NCBI GenBank assembly: GCA_017499595.2 | Contig: CM038999.1 | Coordinates: 1,922,001-1,986,000 of the forward strand | Source: Psilocybe cubensis | Lineage: Eukaryota | DNA length: 64,000 nt | Direction: 5' to 3' | Shown: positions 1 to 14,648 of the stretch, piece after piece | Layout of the letters: every line of letters starts with the position of its first letter | Position numbering within the stretch: the first letter of the stretch is position 1 | Notes under the pieces: generated by a model | What the model was told of the DNA's origin: nothing | What the model saw: the letters and a program-made list of their open reading frames with translations, nothing else | The model's database searches: none | Translations under genes and position numbers: made by a program

Positions 1-3000
1 TTCGCGTTTGCTGAACGAGACAACCCTGGGCCTTCAATAATCTCAACTTCATCGTCACTAATGGCGGCCACAGATGCCTTGCGCTTGTGGGTGTCATTCG
101 CCTTAAATGTTGAAGTTCCGGTGTTCGAGAAGTTATCGACATCGATGATTTCATGTACTGTGGCCGAATTTGAGTTCCTACTGCGCGATGTGGGGCTCTG
201 GTGCAACGATGATGAGGTGGCTTGCGTCGAAGATCGGGATATAACGGAAGGCGTCGGTGAAGTTCTTGAGGCCTGAAGGGTCTGAGGATCGATTGAAAAA
301 ACGGGCTCAGAATCGAAGTCGGCCTTCAAACGAGCCACTGGATCCCGAGAGTGCTCCGATTCCAAACGCGTTTCTCGCCAATCCCGGATGAAGATATTCT
401 GCGTCATACCGTCTTCGAAGGATCTTGCACAATTTTCCTGCGAGGCTCTCTCGTCACTGGGAGCCACGTGCGTCATGCCTTCGCCAGTAAACCTTGCTCC
501 AAAATGCTCCAAAGAAACGGATCCAGAATTTTTGATCAAGTACTTGACTTTCAAGCGCCGTTTCTCTTCTCTTTCCCTCTCTTCTTCCTTTGGATCTGTG
601 ATGATAGGTTCGCCCAAATTTTCGATCCATTCCCATGGTTTATTCACCACAGGAATTCCGTATACAACGTTACCTTGCGCATCACGTTGTGCATGGACGA
701 GATGCATCACCAATGAATGAGGCTGATTATGTGCGAGTAGTGTTGTAAACTGAATCCGGTGTTCTGGGGGCATATCAGTAGGTAGATTGTCGATAGAAGT
801 GTTTGGATAGTGTTTGAACGGGTCAAACGCAATTGATTTGGAATCACATTGCAATTCTGCACATAGTCTTTATTAGTACTAATAGACAATGAAAGTTTGG
901 GTATCGTACCATCTAGAAGAACGAGAAGGGTATCGATTAGTATAGGATATATGTTGTCATCGAAGTCATCTCCGACGGAGTAATGCTGCCAACTCATTAA
1001 TCGTGCAACTTTATTCTAGAAACACTAAGCTTACCAAAGCAAGACGAAAAAACAAGTCAGAAAGCGTGATATAATTTTCTTTCACCTTCGGCGTCCATGT
1101 ATTCTTATAACTAAGAACAAATTGCAGAAGCCGAATGAGAAGGAGGAGATTTTCCTTTGCTTGAGACTTGACATGGCCATTGAAGAGCTCTTTCTCCAGA
1201 CTTTTGAAACTGATCTCGAGAGCTGCAATAAATGCTTCGTGAATTGGCGGATCAACTGATGGCAAGGTCGGGCCATCTCGAAAAGGCTGAGAGACGTGAA
1301 TAAGGATGCCCAGTAAATCCCCTGCACGTCTCAAACTATCTTGTCCGGGCAAGGTTCGGTCGGATTGCGAGTGGACCAACAGTTCAACAATACACTGAAA
1401 CCCGTTATTGATGAATTTAGCAGCAACAGTGCTATCGGCACCACGAGCCATTTCGCCAACATAGTACGCTTCTTCCGCAGTTTTTGTGTGATGAAATAGC
1501 ATAGAAGCAATCTTATTCAAATTGGAAATCGCGAACTCGGATGTAGATTCGTGATTAAGTGCCCTGCCCAGTTGTTTGACCTGCAATTGCATCTGAATTG
1601 TAGTTGCCGCTATTTTCCATGGGGTCAAAAGGTTACCCAGTTCGGGCCAGTCATAGATATTTGTCTCTAACGTACAATAATGAGTTTGAGGGTGTAAAAA
1701 TGTGAAATGTAACGTACCATCAGTTGAGTCGCAAAGTATCATATTTAACCCAGCTATTGCGCTCTTCCTCAGATGCTCTGAATCAGGATCTTCATCCAAC
1801 AAAAAAGGCGAGTTTTCAAAAGCGTCTCTAATGATTTCTAAATTCCGATATGCCCCTCTTCGAAAACCAGACTCTTGGCATAAGCGACATCGAAGGGTAG
1901 TTGTCTCTTGTCTGAGAGTCTCGGGAATATCAGGGTTATTTTCCAGAGAAATCAACGTCGGAATGCTAGCAACCAAAAGCGAAAAATGTGGTTCGTCATA
2001 AACTGTCTGACGCCTTGTTCGAATTCCTTGTAGCTCAAACAAATCTGTTGGAGGGACCGTCCCATTAGTGGCTTCCTCTTGCAACAATAAATTGAAACAG
2101 AGGCTATTAGCAGCTGAGAGGTATGTCTCCGAAACAAACGATTGACCCAATGACTTCGCAGCACCAAGTTGCCAGGCAGGATAGATTAGTCCTTCTAAAA
2201 TTGTTGTCGTTTTCAGTGCCCCATGTACAGTCAAAAACAACAGGACAGTTTTCAACACGTCCCAGGTATCGACGCTAAGAGCCATAACTTCTGCCCTGCC
2301 CGGTCCCGTAAGCCATTCCGAAACATCCCGATCTAAGCCTTCAGGTAAATGCTGGTCTACCCTCCACAGGAATGTTCCATAACGTAGGGCGCATGCTCGA
2401 CGATCTTCCAATTCCGACATCATGCTAGGAATCTGTCGCAGACTTGCAACGGTATTATCCCACACCTTCCAAGCCCAATCTGTGGATGTGCGGTACTTAA
2501 TCCACAGGCTGTTTGAAAGAATAGAAGGTGCATTAGGGTCAGGGTCACCAGCCAAAAGCAAGATCTCAGGAAGAACATTAGGAACAATGTCGATTTGTTC
2601 ACCAATAGGTTGAAGAGCCTGTATAAATAAATACAATCAGATAATTCAGTGTAACAAATTATGAAAGACCGGCGTACCAAAGTAAAGGCGGCAACATCAG
2701 ATGATATTCTTTCGCGAGATCCTTCTTCAAGATACCTTTCGCGGTCAAATTTCGTCAAAAGTGCAAGTAATGGGCGCGATTGTACACCACGTAGCTTCCA
2801 AACTTGATGAGCATTATCTAGAGCTTTGACGATGGCTGGCATCATGTCCATACAACTCCATATAGTTTCGTATCGATCGAAGGTATTCAGAAGGCATTTC
2901 ATGGAATCCGTATCACTTGAATGTTGCAAAAGACACAGTGATAACTAACAATTTTGGCTTGTTCAGTACAATCATAAGATAGACAGACAGTTTATGCCAA

Positions 3001-5705
3001 GCGACAAACTTACATCAAGAGCAGAATGAAAGCATTTGGTAGACGTCATCAGTTCTGTGGTGACAAGATAACTTTTAAACAACACTGCGTGATCAACCAC
3101 AGCAGCCCTAAAGCACTTTTGTTAGCTTCTAGTGCCCATGGAGAATGGTAACCAGAAGGCATACCGGGCAAGATACTTTTTGAATACTGGAATTAACCAT
3201 TGCCTAAAAGTCCTGACTTGTTCAAACCGGGTAGCGGTCATCAATGTTCTACATTGGTCTAACAGAGTAGATGTAGAGGTCCACGTAGTCAGGGAAGGGC
3301 CAACGCCTTATTGAAGACCTGTCAATTAAGGTTATAAATTAAAGAACGAAAAACGAGCCTTCAAAAATATCAGGAATAAGGCCCCGAATCTCCTTCCTAA
3401 TTTCCCGCTCTGTCATATCTTCCGGTGTCTCGCGCGCTCTTGTTCCATGCAAAATAACCTTGCGTTGGTGTATAAGCGACGGTGTTGAGTTGAATAGGGG
3501 TATCCAACTAAGAAACAACCTATGGCGGGAAAAGGTCCCCTGAATGTTCGTTATTTTTTGTTAAATTGAACAGAAGAATAGGTAACAAACCTCCGAAGTC
3601 GACAGACCAACTTCTCCCCGAGCAATCAATCGTTGAATGTAGCTAGCATATGAAAAGATGCCGTGTTTAACCAGTTTTCCATATAGGAGTGCGACATGTC
3701 GAATGTTACTGGTGTCACCTGCAACTTCTGACAAATCCAGCCAATCAAAAAGTTGGTCCTGAAGGAACTCGTCAGGACTACAGACGTCACGGCGACTTGT
3801 TCTATCTCGTGCTTTTTGGCGCCAAATACGAATCAAGGTCACGGCTGCATACGGTCGGTGGTCTCCATACTGCAGAGGTGTAACGCTCCAAGTAAGAAGC
3901 AGGTCAAGCTTGTCCTTGAAACTGGGGTCATTAGGGTCTCGTTTAAAGTACGAGAGAGAATTCATGTCGGTGTCGGCAGATATAGCGTTGAGAAACTAAA
4001 AAGAAGGCTAAGATCGATAACGAGAAACCTATGAAAAGAATGCTTACCTTGACATCAGAAACAGAGGAAGCCAAGCGAGCTGATACTTGGGCAATTGGGC
4101 CAAGAAATAGTAAAGCCTGGTTTCTCTTCTTAATATCCGATAAATGGCTACGAATGGTATAGTTGATATCTCTGACTGTCGGTTCGATGATGGAGGTATT
4201 ATGTAGGTTAATCAAGTCTTCACCCATTATATCCTCCAATAACGATGAGTATATGTTCCACATTTTAGGACTGACGAATGCGTCTGGCAAGATCATACAA
4301 GCCCGCTTTCATATGCGAAATTAGCGATTGGAACGGTAACCTATGTGTTACACGTACCTGGAGGGTAACTTTTAACAATTCTTCAGTGTCTCTAAGAAAG
4401 TCACGGGCAGATGTCGATCGAATCTAGAAATGTGATCACAATGCTTGCGTCAATCGATCTATTAGAAATTTACACACCTCCGATAATTTAGCAAGGCAAG
4501 CTTCCACGAGGGGTTTTGACAAGGCACGGCTGCATAGGATGTCGCACAAGTATTCATCAGTAAGACGTGTCAAAAATCCAGCCTGGGCCAAGTTGCAAGT
4601 TATCATCTGTTGGACAAGCCATGTAAGGAACGTCCTATGGTCCACCAGATCTTCTGAGTAGAAAGTACGAAGTAGCTTAAGACTAGGAATTTTGTGAGCG
4701 AAGCTGTCCTGACCAGATCAGAGAATCGATATACCAGTAGATAAATCGAGACATCCAGCGTTCTCGGGTATCGGTTTCGGCCAGGACGCCTTTGAAAGTC
4801 TGTTTGATGTATAGGCCAAGACGGGGGGCACTCGGTAAGGCAATTTCCAACAATTGCTTTTTCATATAACCAGTTACTATATTAGCCCAGTCGATACTGT
4901 ATTGAGTAGGAATATATGTAGGTTTGTTCCTCAGTCCGGCCTGCGATTTCAGTCTCATTAGGGTACGAAAGTACAACCGAATATATATTAGATACCGTTT
5001 CATTGGCACCAAATACGCGTAGAAACCACACTGCGCGTGATATTTCCACATTGTTGGAATGTAAGAGGTCAAGTAAATCATGACCTTTAGCGCCGTGAGG
5101 AACACTTTTACCCAATTTATGCAAAGGAACGTCAGGATTTGCCAGATCAGCAAACCAAGCTTGACGTTTGGCATCGTTCAACGTTACTCTGGTTGGGATG
5201 CGAAAGGTCGAGGAACTAAGGAAAACAATTAGCACAGAAAATTGCATTAAGTTATTTTTAAACGCACGAAATAGGCGGTATGCGTTCTGCCCTGCGGATG
5301 AATACCTCGTTCATAAGTTGTTCCAATTTTGACATAGAATCTGTAGAGCGTAATGTTTCATTGATCACCGACTGTGCGCTAAAGGATTCGACCTGCGTCG
5401 GGATGATAATGAATTCGCCGTGCAAACAAATGTGGGTCAGAAGGCTCACAGGAACAGCTTGAGCGAGTATGAAACCGTTTTTGACATTGTTTTCGGAAAG
5501 GTTGTCTTCGTCTTGCCCTGGACGAGGAGGATGGAAGCCAACGTATCCTTGTTAAAACATCAGAGACGATGCTTCCCTACTAGCACATGAAAGAATTTTA
5601 CTCACCTAGGTCCGCAGTGTCGTGAATCTTTGGAAGCCATCGTGGAGGCTGAGATTCGTACACGGGCAAGGTGGTCGACTGTTTGTCTTCCTTCTTCTCT
5701 CGCAT
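1..5705 (-). CDS. MED12: Mediator kinase-module subunit 12 (Med12/Srb8), multi-exon; 3' end runs off the window
   Basis: ATG at 5705 gives MREKKEDKQSTTLPVYESQPP. Spliced exons include the Med12 N-domain RVTLNDAKRQAWFADLANPDVPLHKLGKSVPHG...ISRAVWFLRVFGANE and LYGKLVKHGIFSYASYIQRLIARGE. The frame is still open at position 1. Confidence 0.9.
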
Positions 5706-5934
5706 TTCAGGCCTCACAAGCCTTTGAGACCATGCGGTGGGGTCTAAAGCTGCCTGCTATGCAACACAATGGTGTCTTATCGTTACCCTCGTTAGCGCAA
5801 CTTGCCAGTGTGAATTAGTGTACACGGCCCGATCGCGATCAATTCCCGGTCCTTATAACCTAACACATGCAAAGAGCGCGTTGTGCTATTACGGTTGGTA
5901 ACTTTCGTGTCGTGACAAGTTGAATCCTGCCGCG

Positions 5935-6420
5935 ATGATGCGCCATTCTGTCGCCCCTAATCGTGCATCACAAGTTTCATCGAACGCAAATGCTACTGCA
6001 GCTGCAGTTGCCAAACTCCTTGAGAAGAAAAAGGAATATGAAGGAGTTGCTGCTTTAGAGCGAGCAAGTGCTCTATATCTGGAACGTTTGGAAGCCTTAG
6101 GTGACGATTGTGAAACAATGGCTAAGGCTGGAGAAGGTTAGTTCTAACTAAGGCCTACAATCAAAAAATTTGTTGACCATAGAGGATCATAGTCCATGGC
6201 CAAGTTCTGACACAGTGGCCTAAAATGTTCCAAATTTTGGGTCAATTCCGTACGCCTCAAACAATCTAACCTCTACACATTTTCTAACCGACCTTAAGTT
6301 GAAGCACAAGGAACTCAAGAACCTGAAGATGGTGGCCAATCAGCTACGTCTTCTTCGATGGGGCAACGCCTCGTCCGCATCCCTATTGAAGAATTGCAGC
6401 CAGGAAATGAAAAGTCATGA
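5935..6420 (+). CDS. DAD2: DASH/Dam1 kinetochore complex subunit Dad2
   Basis: Three exons: KLLEKKKEYEGVAALERASALYLERLEALGDDCETMAKAGE / VHGQVLTQWPKMFQIL / ...RLVRIPIEEL. The short coiled coil, W-x-x-M-F and LVRIP motifs are typical of Dad2. Confidence 0.8.
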
Positions 6421-6495
6421 AAAAACATTAACAATCTATGAAACTTTCCCCGTGGTTAAGTCAGAAAATGTATACCTAAAGTTGTAAAATATAAA

Positions 6496-9400
6496 CTACA
6501 GATCATGACCGCCACTCCAATCTTCGTCTGGAGGATTCCGCGTTACTTCCACGACGCCTTCAGCATCCATGTTTGCACCAACGTCACTGGCTTCGATTCC
6601 CGCTTCTCTCAGGTCCTTCACCAAGAAATCGCTCAAGCCAAGGATGTCCTTTGGTATCCAGATCCACACTTGATCAACATATGTGGATGGATGATCGAAT
6701 GCATGCTCGTTGTCGTCATCTTCATCCTCAGATGTATCAGAATCCTTGACCGCAGGCGCAGGCGCATCGAAAGTCGGTAACTTGAGTGACGGTGATGACT
6801 TCCTCTCCTCTCTGGAAGTTGAGGAATTCTTTCGGGACAATTTCTGTGACCCATTGTTGTTTTCATTGATGTTCGCAGGGGTCTCAGCCACTACCGTATC
6901 ATGGAGAGACACATCCTTATGTTCTTCTGTTTGGTGACTGTCTGTGCTCGGTCTTTGAACTTTGGCCTTTAATTGATCCAGCTTTCCATCCAGCTTTTTC
7001 GTCGTCGCTTTTATTCGGCGACGTACACTACGAATGCCTTCAACGAAAGGAATTATCAGCATCAAATTTGTAATTTGCTTTCGCTCTACTCACGATCCCT
7101 TCTGAAAAGATCCATTTCATTGTCACTATTGTCGTCCAGTGTAATCCCCTTTTTTTCTGCCCTTCTCCTGTATCTGCTAGCCATTTTCTTGGTCGCAAGA
7201 GACATTGGAAGAAATTGACCCAATGCTGGCATTTCAAATCGGTCAAATGTTACTTTGTCGCCAACGAAGTTCAAGACTCACGACGGAAACTATTCGAAAT
7301 GAATGCATGGGCGCAAGCAGTTATGACCAAAAGTATGAGCATGAAAATAGCTTCGACCAAGGCTGTCACTCCGGCTGAAGATACTTTGAGAAAGAGAAGG
7401 CAGGCCAAACAGATCTGTTCAATGTACAATCCGACGACTGTAAATGCATTGGTCCAATAGTGAAATGGTCGATTCTAGCTATCCACGTACATAGGTTATT
7501 CACCGCCATCGGGAAATACAGACCTCCCGTTTCCTTTTCGTCTGGCTGATCAAAGACCTGTGTCAACACTGCGTCTTAAAGTTAGCGGGCGTTGTGTTTG
7601 CTTTTGTCATAAAATTACGCACAGAACTTCCATGCCAAGTAAAACATCCAATACGCTTGGGTTATTTTATCAATATGCAGCATACTCTTTGATAATTTAT
7701 ACGTACTTATGAGCGCCAGTAAATTAATCAAAGGTGATAAAACGCTGTAGGCGAATGTAATCGTCGCCAAAAGTGACAAACGTGGAAGCAGAGTACCAAA
7801 GTCAGCCTATAAAACGTTACTTAAGGGAATGTTTACATCTATAAAGCAAGCTTACAGATGGCATTTTGAATGTCACCTGCGATTGTTAAGCGTTATATAA
7901 CCTTATACATGAACGGACGAATTAATAGAATCAACATACTTCATACGCCTGACGTGGTGTACGTCCTAGAAACCACTTCCGTAGATAATGTAATGCCAAT
8001 GGAGCCAATTGAACAAGCGCGCTTCCAGCACCAGCTAGACCCTGAGTTACTGCAAAGAGGCAACAGGTCAGCGTAATTCTTTTCAAAAGATGAAGAAATC
8101 TCACCCATGTAAGTTAAGAAAAAGACTGATGCCCCAGGTAATCTGCTGGACAGCTCTTGAACCGTTTCAGTAGGATTTTTGATAATCTGGATAGGAATCA
8201 AAATGGTATTAGGAAAGAGAAAAAACTGAAAAAGCAAATACCGCTTCAACGGCTATCGGTGAAAAAGTCAGTCAATATAAATTTGGCTGTGAAGGTAGCA
8301 CAAAAACCTGCCATTCGTGATTCCGGAGGTCAAAGTAACGATCAAGAAGCCATGTCTATGTGTCGACCAATGAGCAGTGATATCGAGAAAGTGATTTTCT
8401 TAGAACTTACATCAATAGAAACAGATAAAAGCGGCGATAAACGCTGACTGATATGAGGGAATATCTTGGGATGCATTCATACCAAGCCAGAGCTACAAAA
8501 TATGCGTAAGATATTGAGATGGGAGAAGACCAAGTTACCTTTCAATATGAAGGGGAGCAATGCAAAAAGGATGGCAAGAAGAAGAGGAGGTAGTACGCCT
8601 TCTATCAAGCCTCTTGCAATAGTAGGGGCTGGAAAATTGAAATTCGCCACATGAGTACCAAAAATCTAGAAAAAATGCAATTTCCGTGTACCTTTGCAGA
8701 CCCATTGTACCCAGCTTGACAACATCAGTCAGCAAGCAACACCCAAAATCAGCACACAAAATCTACTTACTGCACTTTCTCACATAAATCCGAAACGTTG
8801 CTCAGAGTACCAATGAATGTTACAGGAAAGGCCCAGACAAAGATAAGACCAGCTGTAGCAAGCCATGACACAAGATATCTGGATTTCATCTCAAGAGCAC
8901 CATCATCTAAATTTCTCCAGACAATATCCTTGGGATGTGTCTCCATTGTTTTATTCTCCATTTTTAGAGGCTGGGGCCCCAGTGTGGTAAGTATACCATT
9001 GGTGGGGTGAGATTTAGAAAATGGGAGCTAACCTCATGGTAGCTCAAGCACTGAGCAAGAACGTTGGCGCCCATTTGTAAATTGCATCTAATGAATGCAC
9101 TTCCTAGAAATTTCCCTTCCACAATATGTTCCCTTCGTGACTTGATGTCTATGTTTAACTTGGAAATCTCTTCCTAAAAATAAAACAGTTAGGGGTTTTC
9201 AAGTTTTAACCAAGCGACCGAACCTTGCACCATTGGATAGTGTCTACTTTACGACCAAATATTCCTAGCAATCCTGTTCTATGTTTTGGGCGCGCGTCAA
9301 TAGGAACCAATTCATCTAGCAGTTCCTGTTTTGCCTCTGGAATAGCAAGTTCGCCGTCTTCTCCGGTGCACTCCGCGTCCTTCAACTTCCGAAATTGGGA

Positions 9401-10506
9401 TTTTTTATATTGTTTGTTTTTTGCTCCCCATGCGAGTGTGGCTCTCTTGAGTACCTCTGCTACGGCTGCTTCTAGTTTGGAACAAGCATCGACGCGTCGT
9501 TCAAAAACATCATTCAGGGAACCAGTGTCGCGATACAGCCAAATGCGATCCACTCCTCCGGGCACAAAACTGGCAAATGTACGCAGATCTCGTTCATTGG
9601 CTAATTCGTCAGGAACCCCGGTGACAAGGACAGTGCGAGCCTGGGGAAGACGGGAATGTGATTTACTAACAAGAAATTGCTGACGCATGTGAATAAAATG
9701 CAGCATCTCTCGTCGAATCAAGTAGACAACAACAGCTATACAAAAATTTTATGGAATTGTCTAAAAATATGCGTTCTGAAGGACCTACCAGTAAGGAGGT
9801 ATACGACAATGACATGAGCTGCAAAACGCGCTTGATCGTTCGGATTGGTGATGCTAGAATGTGTCTCCAGAATCAACTTTCGTGGGTTAAGCTGATAGAT
9901 TTAAGACACATACTTCGACCATGAAATTCGATCCAGGCCCTTATTGACAATGGGAATGTATGCTGCGTTAACGGGAACGATGATGATAAACGTTGTTACC
10001 GTAAATATGAAGAAGATGATGATGAGGAGTCTGATATAACGTAGAAACATGTATCTGTTTAAACAGTATATACTTATTAGGAGTAGGACGGATTGAATAC
10101 AGAACAAGTAAACTCACGCGTCAAGTCCATTTTTGTGAATCTAATGGAGATGGAATTAGCGAATGTATTAATCGTCCAGAATATAAAAAAACTTGCAATG
10201 TCTTCTACAGGAGCCGTAATAATAGCCGGGATCCATTTCCAAATACCTGGAGGTAGCTCTTGAGCTCGTTTACTAACAATGAAGTCTTTATTGTAAATAG
10301 GGGTGTCCATGTTGCATATTTTTGAATAGGACTGACTCCGGAGGTGGCAGCACCGTACGAGGACTGTATATTCTCCATAATCTCTGCTTTAGTACGACAA
10401 AAGCCCCGACTTCAATCAAAAGTAAGGCTCCGTTGACAGCCAACGAAGTAAGAAAGGCGGTTGTGGTGTTATTCTTTCCTGCCTTTGAGGGATCAATGGC
10501 CGACAT
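6496..10506 (-). CDS. OSCA/TMEM63 (CSC1/Rsn1, DUF221) calcium-permeable stress-gated channel
   Basis: Exons read TTAFLTSLAVNGALLLIEVGAFVVLKQRLWRIYSPRT, ARTVLVTGVP, HPKDIVWRNL, FYLFLLIHGFLIVTL, ETGGLYFPMAVNNL and C-terminal AFDHPS...WIWIPKDILGLS. Confidence 0.9.
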
Positions 10507-11049
10507 TTGCGGTGTATCGTATCTGAAAGCGTCTTGGGAAGTGGTGGAGGAGAAAGAGATAGCGGTGCCTCCACCTTGAGGACAAAAGCAAGGTCAAGGC
10601 TGATCGTGACGCGAGCAACCGGGCAAGTGGAGAAAGTGCCATCGTGGAAAAACGTTGGCTATATGTACTTTATATATAAATTTGATCACAATTTAGCTTT
10701 CAGGCACAACTGAATTTGCAGAGCTGATAAGGATAGGAACGTACAATCAGGAGAGGTTCTCATATTACTGACTGGTCCACTTAAATTATGAGCATGCTGT
10801 ATTACACTTCTAATGAGGACTCTGTGGATACTCACCACTAACCGTAGGTTAAGTGTGCAAGCAATATTACTCGGAGCCTCGTCCACAAATATAGTTTAGT
10901 TTATACAGGGGTAATGGTGGTATACTTGACACAAGGTATGGCGTCACTGATTACAACTCATGTACTTACTGATGATCCTTGAAAATCTCCTATAAATAAT
11001 TTCACGGTCGGATATGCTTTATTTAAAGTATAGCTACACACGGATATCA

Positions 11050-14000
11050 CTAGGTCTTGCCGGCAGACTTTTTCTGCTCTTTGAGCATAGCAATACGCTG
11101 GGTTTATTTTAGGTTAGTGGATTTCTCGGAATCGATTGGGGTTACCCACTTGCTTGCGTTCCTCCTTACGTCTTGCCATTTCTAAAGCTTTGTCTTCTTT
11201 GCTGAGTGCTACAGGAGCGGTTGCAGCAATACGAGGACTTGGAGAGGAAGGTGTATTTGTCGATTCCCAATTCCCGGATTCTTCCCATGATTGGTCATGA
11301 GGGGGAGATATTGGACGAGATGACTGAGAGGAGTAGGGCCGGGATATTGGTGAAACCGCCCTTTGCAACGTGTTTGTCCTTTTACTTTCCAAATAATCAG
11401 TCGGCCCACTACTAGGAATACTCGATCCCAATCCCCACGATGATGATTGCGAAAATGGGTTGTTGTTAGATAGCTGTGCCGGAGATGGAGAATGGACTTG
11501 TTGCTGGGTAGGGGCAGTTTCAAAGGCACCTACAAACATGATTAGAGTCGGAAAAGATGGACAAATGCATAAAACCTACTCCAGTCATCGTCATCTGCAT
11601 GAACGTCAATCAAATCATCCGAGCCCCAAGGGTTTCCCTCGACGGAAGCAGACGCAGCGGCAGCTTCGTTGGCTAAGTCATCAGCCAAAGTGCCCATGCT
11701 CAGCCCTCCTGGAACTTTATTTGCACCAAGTTGCATAGCTTTTATTTTCGATGTTGATGGAGAATTTGGTAATGTCTGAGAAGATTGTGTTGTCGTCGCG
11801 AGCGACGGTCGTGTCAATTCTCCGATGTGGCTGCTCAGCGAAGAAGCATCCGGAGCAGACGTTGATCGCTCTAATTCCTTCCCCGGTACAGAACTTATAG
11901 GGGCTATTAATTCTGATACTGCCATCTTATTTTGCGATAAGAACGGTATATCATACATATAGATGAAATAATTAAACAAAACTCTACCTTCTTTCCAAGG
12001 CTGTTAATGGCCCAACCTGCCAGAGAACCCGCTGCGCCTGCTGCAGAATTTACTAAAGTTGTTGAAGTTGGATTAGTTCCGTTGTGAACGTCAGTGCTTC
12101 CAGAAACGATAGCCGTTGCGGGCTTAATTTGTTATTTGAAAACAGTGAGTCGGGGGGGAACACATTTTAATAGAAAGCTGACCATTTTTGATGCGTGATC
12201 TTCGAGCTTTTTAACGAAGATTTCCAATGCTTTGAAGGCTTGGTCGCGCACTAACCTGCAAGAACTGAGTAAGATCGACGTCGCGGTACAATTCAACCAA
12301 CATACTTTTCATCGTCTACTAATGTGAATGACATGTTAGGGATGACCTTTGACGCCAGCTCCGGGACTTCGAAACATTCTATCGAAGCCATAAAAGCCAT
12401 AAGACCCGCGACTCTGGCATGTACAAATGGATCTTTCAATGCCCTAGAAAATGCGGGTACCAGGACTTTTCGCTTGGTGTTGTATCCTAAACTTGGACCT
12501 AGTCTTCCAAGCAGAATGCAAGTGTTCGTTCTAATAGAAGGTTCAGGGTCTGTCTGCGATTTTGCAAGGAGCCGTAGTAGATCGTTATTAATGATTCGGT
12601 CGGATAGCTGGAGGATTCAATAAATAATATTTGAGACGATGCCTCTGGGGTAAATTTACCTTCGGTGCAAAAAGAATGATGGACTTGACTGTCGCCTCCC
12701 TAATCACGGCGACTGTATCAGAAAATCCAAGTTGCTTAAGATAGGACGTATGAGGAGAAAGGAAACAATGCATCAAATCCTCTCGTACCAAATGCGGGAA
12801 TATTTTGTCGCTGACCGCTTTTTTGTCCAATTTATCAATGTATTCTGGCAGGTGCTCTAAGAGCGCCATACGAGTACCGCGGTCAGGACTTGCGTACAAT
12901 TTGATTATGGGGGCAAGTATGACCTTTGGGTACTCTTCAGGCGATGTGTTTGCGCCGAATTGCAGCACCAAAGGAAGGATAGCAGCCGCTGATGCGCCCC
13001 CGAATTCCAACGCGGAGAGCAATGAAGGAAGAACTCGATAAGCGGCAAATTCAGGGGGGAATGAGGAGGCAGATTCCTTCAGAGTTCTCGCTATTGAGTG
13101 AGCTTATATGGATTAATGTGATATTGCAAGTTCTCACTTCAGTAATAAAGTCTTCTCCGCTTCATTAGCCAAGGCAAAGTTGTCCAGCCCTGAGCAAACT
13201 TTCACGAGACGGTTATTGAAGAAAAAACCTGTTTCTGCCATTCCAATTTCAAGGAATGCTTTAGGGCTTAAGCGTCCTTTAGGATTTGGATTTAGTAGCT
13301 TCTTGAAACAAGGAAAAACTGAAGCGGGTATGGCTCCTCGAGAAGCAGGTGCGGGTGGTGGGTGAGGGGGTTCCGCCGTTGGAGGGGGTGGGTGATTTGG
13401 ATTGAATACAGCGTGAAGTAATAAACCCAGTGCATACGCATCAGCAGATGCAGGGTCAGACCTGGAATGGGTTTAAGTACATTCCGACGATGGTCATTGA
13501 CACTATGTACTCACTCCTTTAAAGTTGACCATCCACTCTTTTTCACCTCAGGAGATGCCCATGCAGCTGAACCCGGAAGTAACCCCCCCATTGTCTATTT
13601 GAAATATGAACGATGGGGTTATACAGGTAAACAGATGCTTACGTATAAAAGGGCGCCTTCATCCTTTGCGTTGCTGAGTAGTTCAAATCCTCCAAGCTTC
13701 CATTCACCAGAGGGCGTAAGGAAAATCGAGTTGGAGCACAGTTTCCCATGTGTTGATATACATTGGTCATTCAGAAAAGTCAGCGCTACCTTGGGTGCCG
13801 TCAAAATGATAATAAGGTGTTTGTGCGAACTTGCTCACTGAGATTCGATGCAGCCCCCATAAAAGCCAATCTTCTTTTTCTTGGGCACTTTTGTTCGAAT
13901 ATTGCGGCAAAACGCTGGACAACGGGCGGATGCGTTCAGTCATAATGTAGATGCTGGAGTCAGATTCCACTGCATCCATGAATTTTAAAACATCTGGATG

Positions 14001-14299
14001 GCGCGTTGTACGGAGCTTGCGAAGTGCATTTTGGGCAAACGGCTTGGAACTCTTCTTGGAGTCGCTGAAATCGTATTCAAAGACAGAGACGAGACTCCCA
14101 TCATCCTAGCAAAGCTGATGTGAATGCAGTGAGATGAATTAGAGCAGAAGATAAGTTATACCCGCTTCGTGGCATCATATATCGTATAGTATCCCTCCAC
14201 CTGTGTAAGTTTTGTTCCCAACGAGAACGGTAGATTCAGCCCTGATTTCTGGACCAGGGTTGATACAGCCGCAGACCCCAAAGTTCGGAGATAATCCAT
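11050..14299 (-). CDS. SCY1-like (SCYL1/Cex1) pseudokinase with HEAT repeats
   Basis: MDYLRTLGSAAVSTLVQKSGLNLPFSLG start; LRTTRHPDVLKFMD; IYIMTERIRPL; EWKLGGFELLS; HEAT region SPDRGTRMALLEHLPEY; ends KEQKKSAGKT-TAG at 11050. Confidence 0.88.
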
Positions 14300-14648
14300 G
14301 GGATTGGGTGTGTTGGGCCAACGTATGCTCGTGAAGTTGGATTGGTCGGAAACCTGATGTTTTGAACAACAGGGCCACGACGCAGCGTGATTAAAGTAGC
14401 TCAGGGTTATTATAATGCGTTTCTTGTGCGTATCATTGCAGTGACACTGTTTATGGCAGTCGCGATCATATCGATCATGTGCTGTCCGCATTTGTAAACG
14501 CCAACTCCAGAGAGTCATTGTCTAAAGGACCTTTTTCCTCTCAACACAGACAGTCGGACGCTTCGTTTCCCATCCATTTCCCTCTTGTTTATTCCAGAAC
14601 CACCGATACTCATGCGGTGAATTCAAAAGCAAGAACTGAATATTTGCA

